From Centroscyllium fabricii (Eukaryota): a stretch of 64,000 nt of DNA. This document shows positions 63,901-64,000 of the stretch, piece after piece. Under the pieces are notes generated by a model, which did not search any database, was not told the DNA's origin, and saw only the letters and a list, made by a program, of their open reading frames with translations. The number at the start of each line of letters is the position of its first letter. Within the stretch, counting starts at the first letter, position 1. The stretch spans positions 19,716,001 through 19,780,000 of the forward strand of contig JBNRSN020000029.1 in assembly GCA_051313645.2 (NCBI GenBank), read 5' to 3'. The position numbers were made by a program, and so were the translations under genes.

Positions 63901-64000
63901 GAGTAGCTGATCCCAGTCCACTTTGCCCAATTTCTCCCTTATCAAATTAAAATCAGCCTTGCCCCAATTTAGAACTTTTACTTTTGGACCATCTTTGTCC
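60971..64000 (-). mobile_element. CR1 LINE (ORF2), continuing past the right edge, with a nested CR1
   Basis: ORFs 61063-61569, 61570-62082, 63222-63677 and 63655-63945 (SPGPD, PGNYRLVSLTS, GVPQGSVL, LEYFVQFW); (CATAGAGT)n tail. Confidence 0.95.
62321..63112 (-). mobile_element. Nested 5'-truncated CR1 (same type as 1357-3312) plus a second tiny CR1/SINE tail at 62321-62408
   Basis: ORF2 C-terminus ending GYGERAGKWT; (AACACAAG)n tail at 62409-62468; extra (CATAGAAA) tail and hairpin directly adjacent; the outer CR1 resumes at ~63113. Confidence 0.88.

Overview
Vertebrate genomic DNA, most likely a cartilaginous fish (inferred from the CR1, V-SINE, Penelope and Harbinger repertoire and a GPR139-like receptor). 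Nearly all of it is repeat-derived, and the only intact host gene I can support is a two-exon, 324-aa class A GPCR (minus strand, 33706-27826). From left to right: (1) a decayed endogenous retrovirus at 1-9453 (minus; LTR, tRNA-Ser PBS, gag, pro, RT, tether, RNase H, start of IN) carrying three nested insertions; (2) a decayed Harbinger transposon; (3) a decayed envelope fragment at 15358-16155 whose cysteine pattern, heptad, WWD and TM layout resembles a paramyxo/pneumovirus-F-type fusion protein rather than a classical retroviral Env, making it a lokiretrovirus candidate; (4) many CR1 LINEs, V-SINEs, Penelope elements with inverted pseudo-LTRs and hammerhead-like cores, Harbinger-type MITEs and a solo LTR; (5) a ~16.4-kb satellite of an 18-bp unit built on a CCAAT/Y-box motif, with 1957-bp and ~3.7-kb higher-order periodicity. 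All family calls come from motifs recognised by eye; no database search was run.
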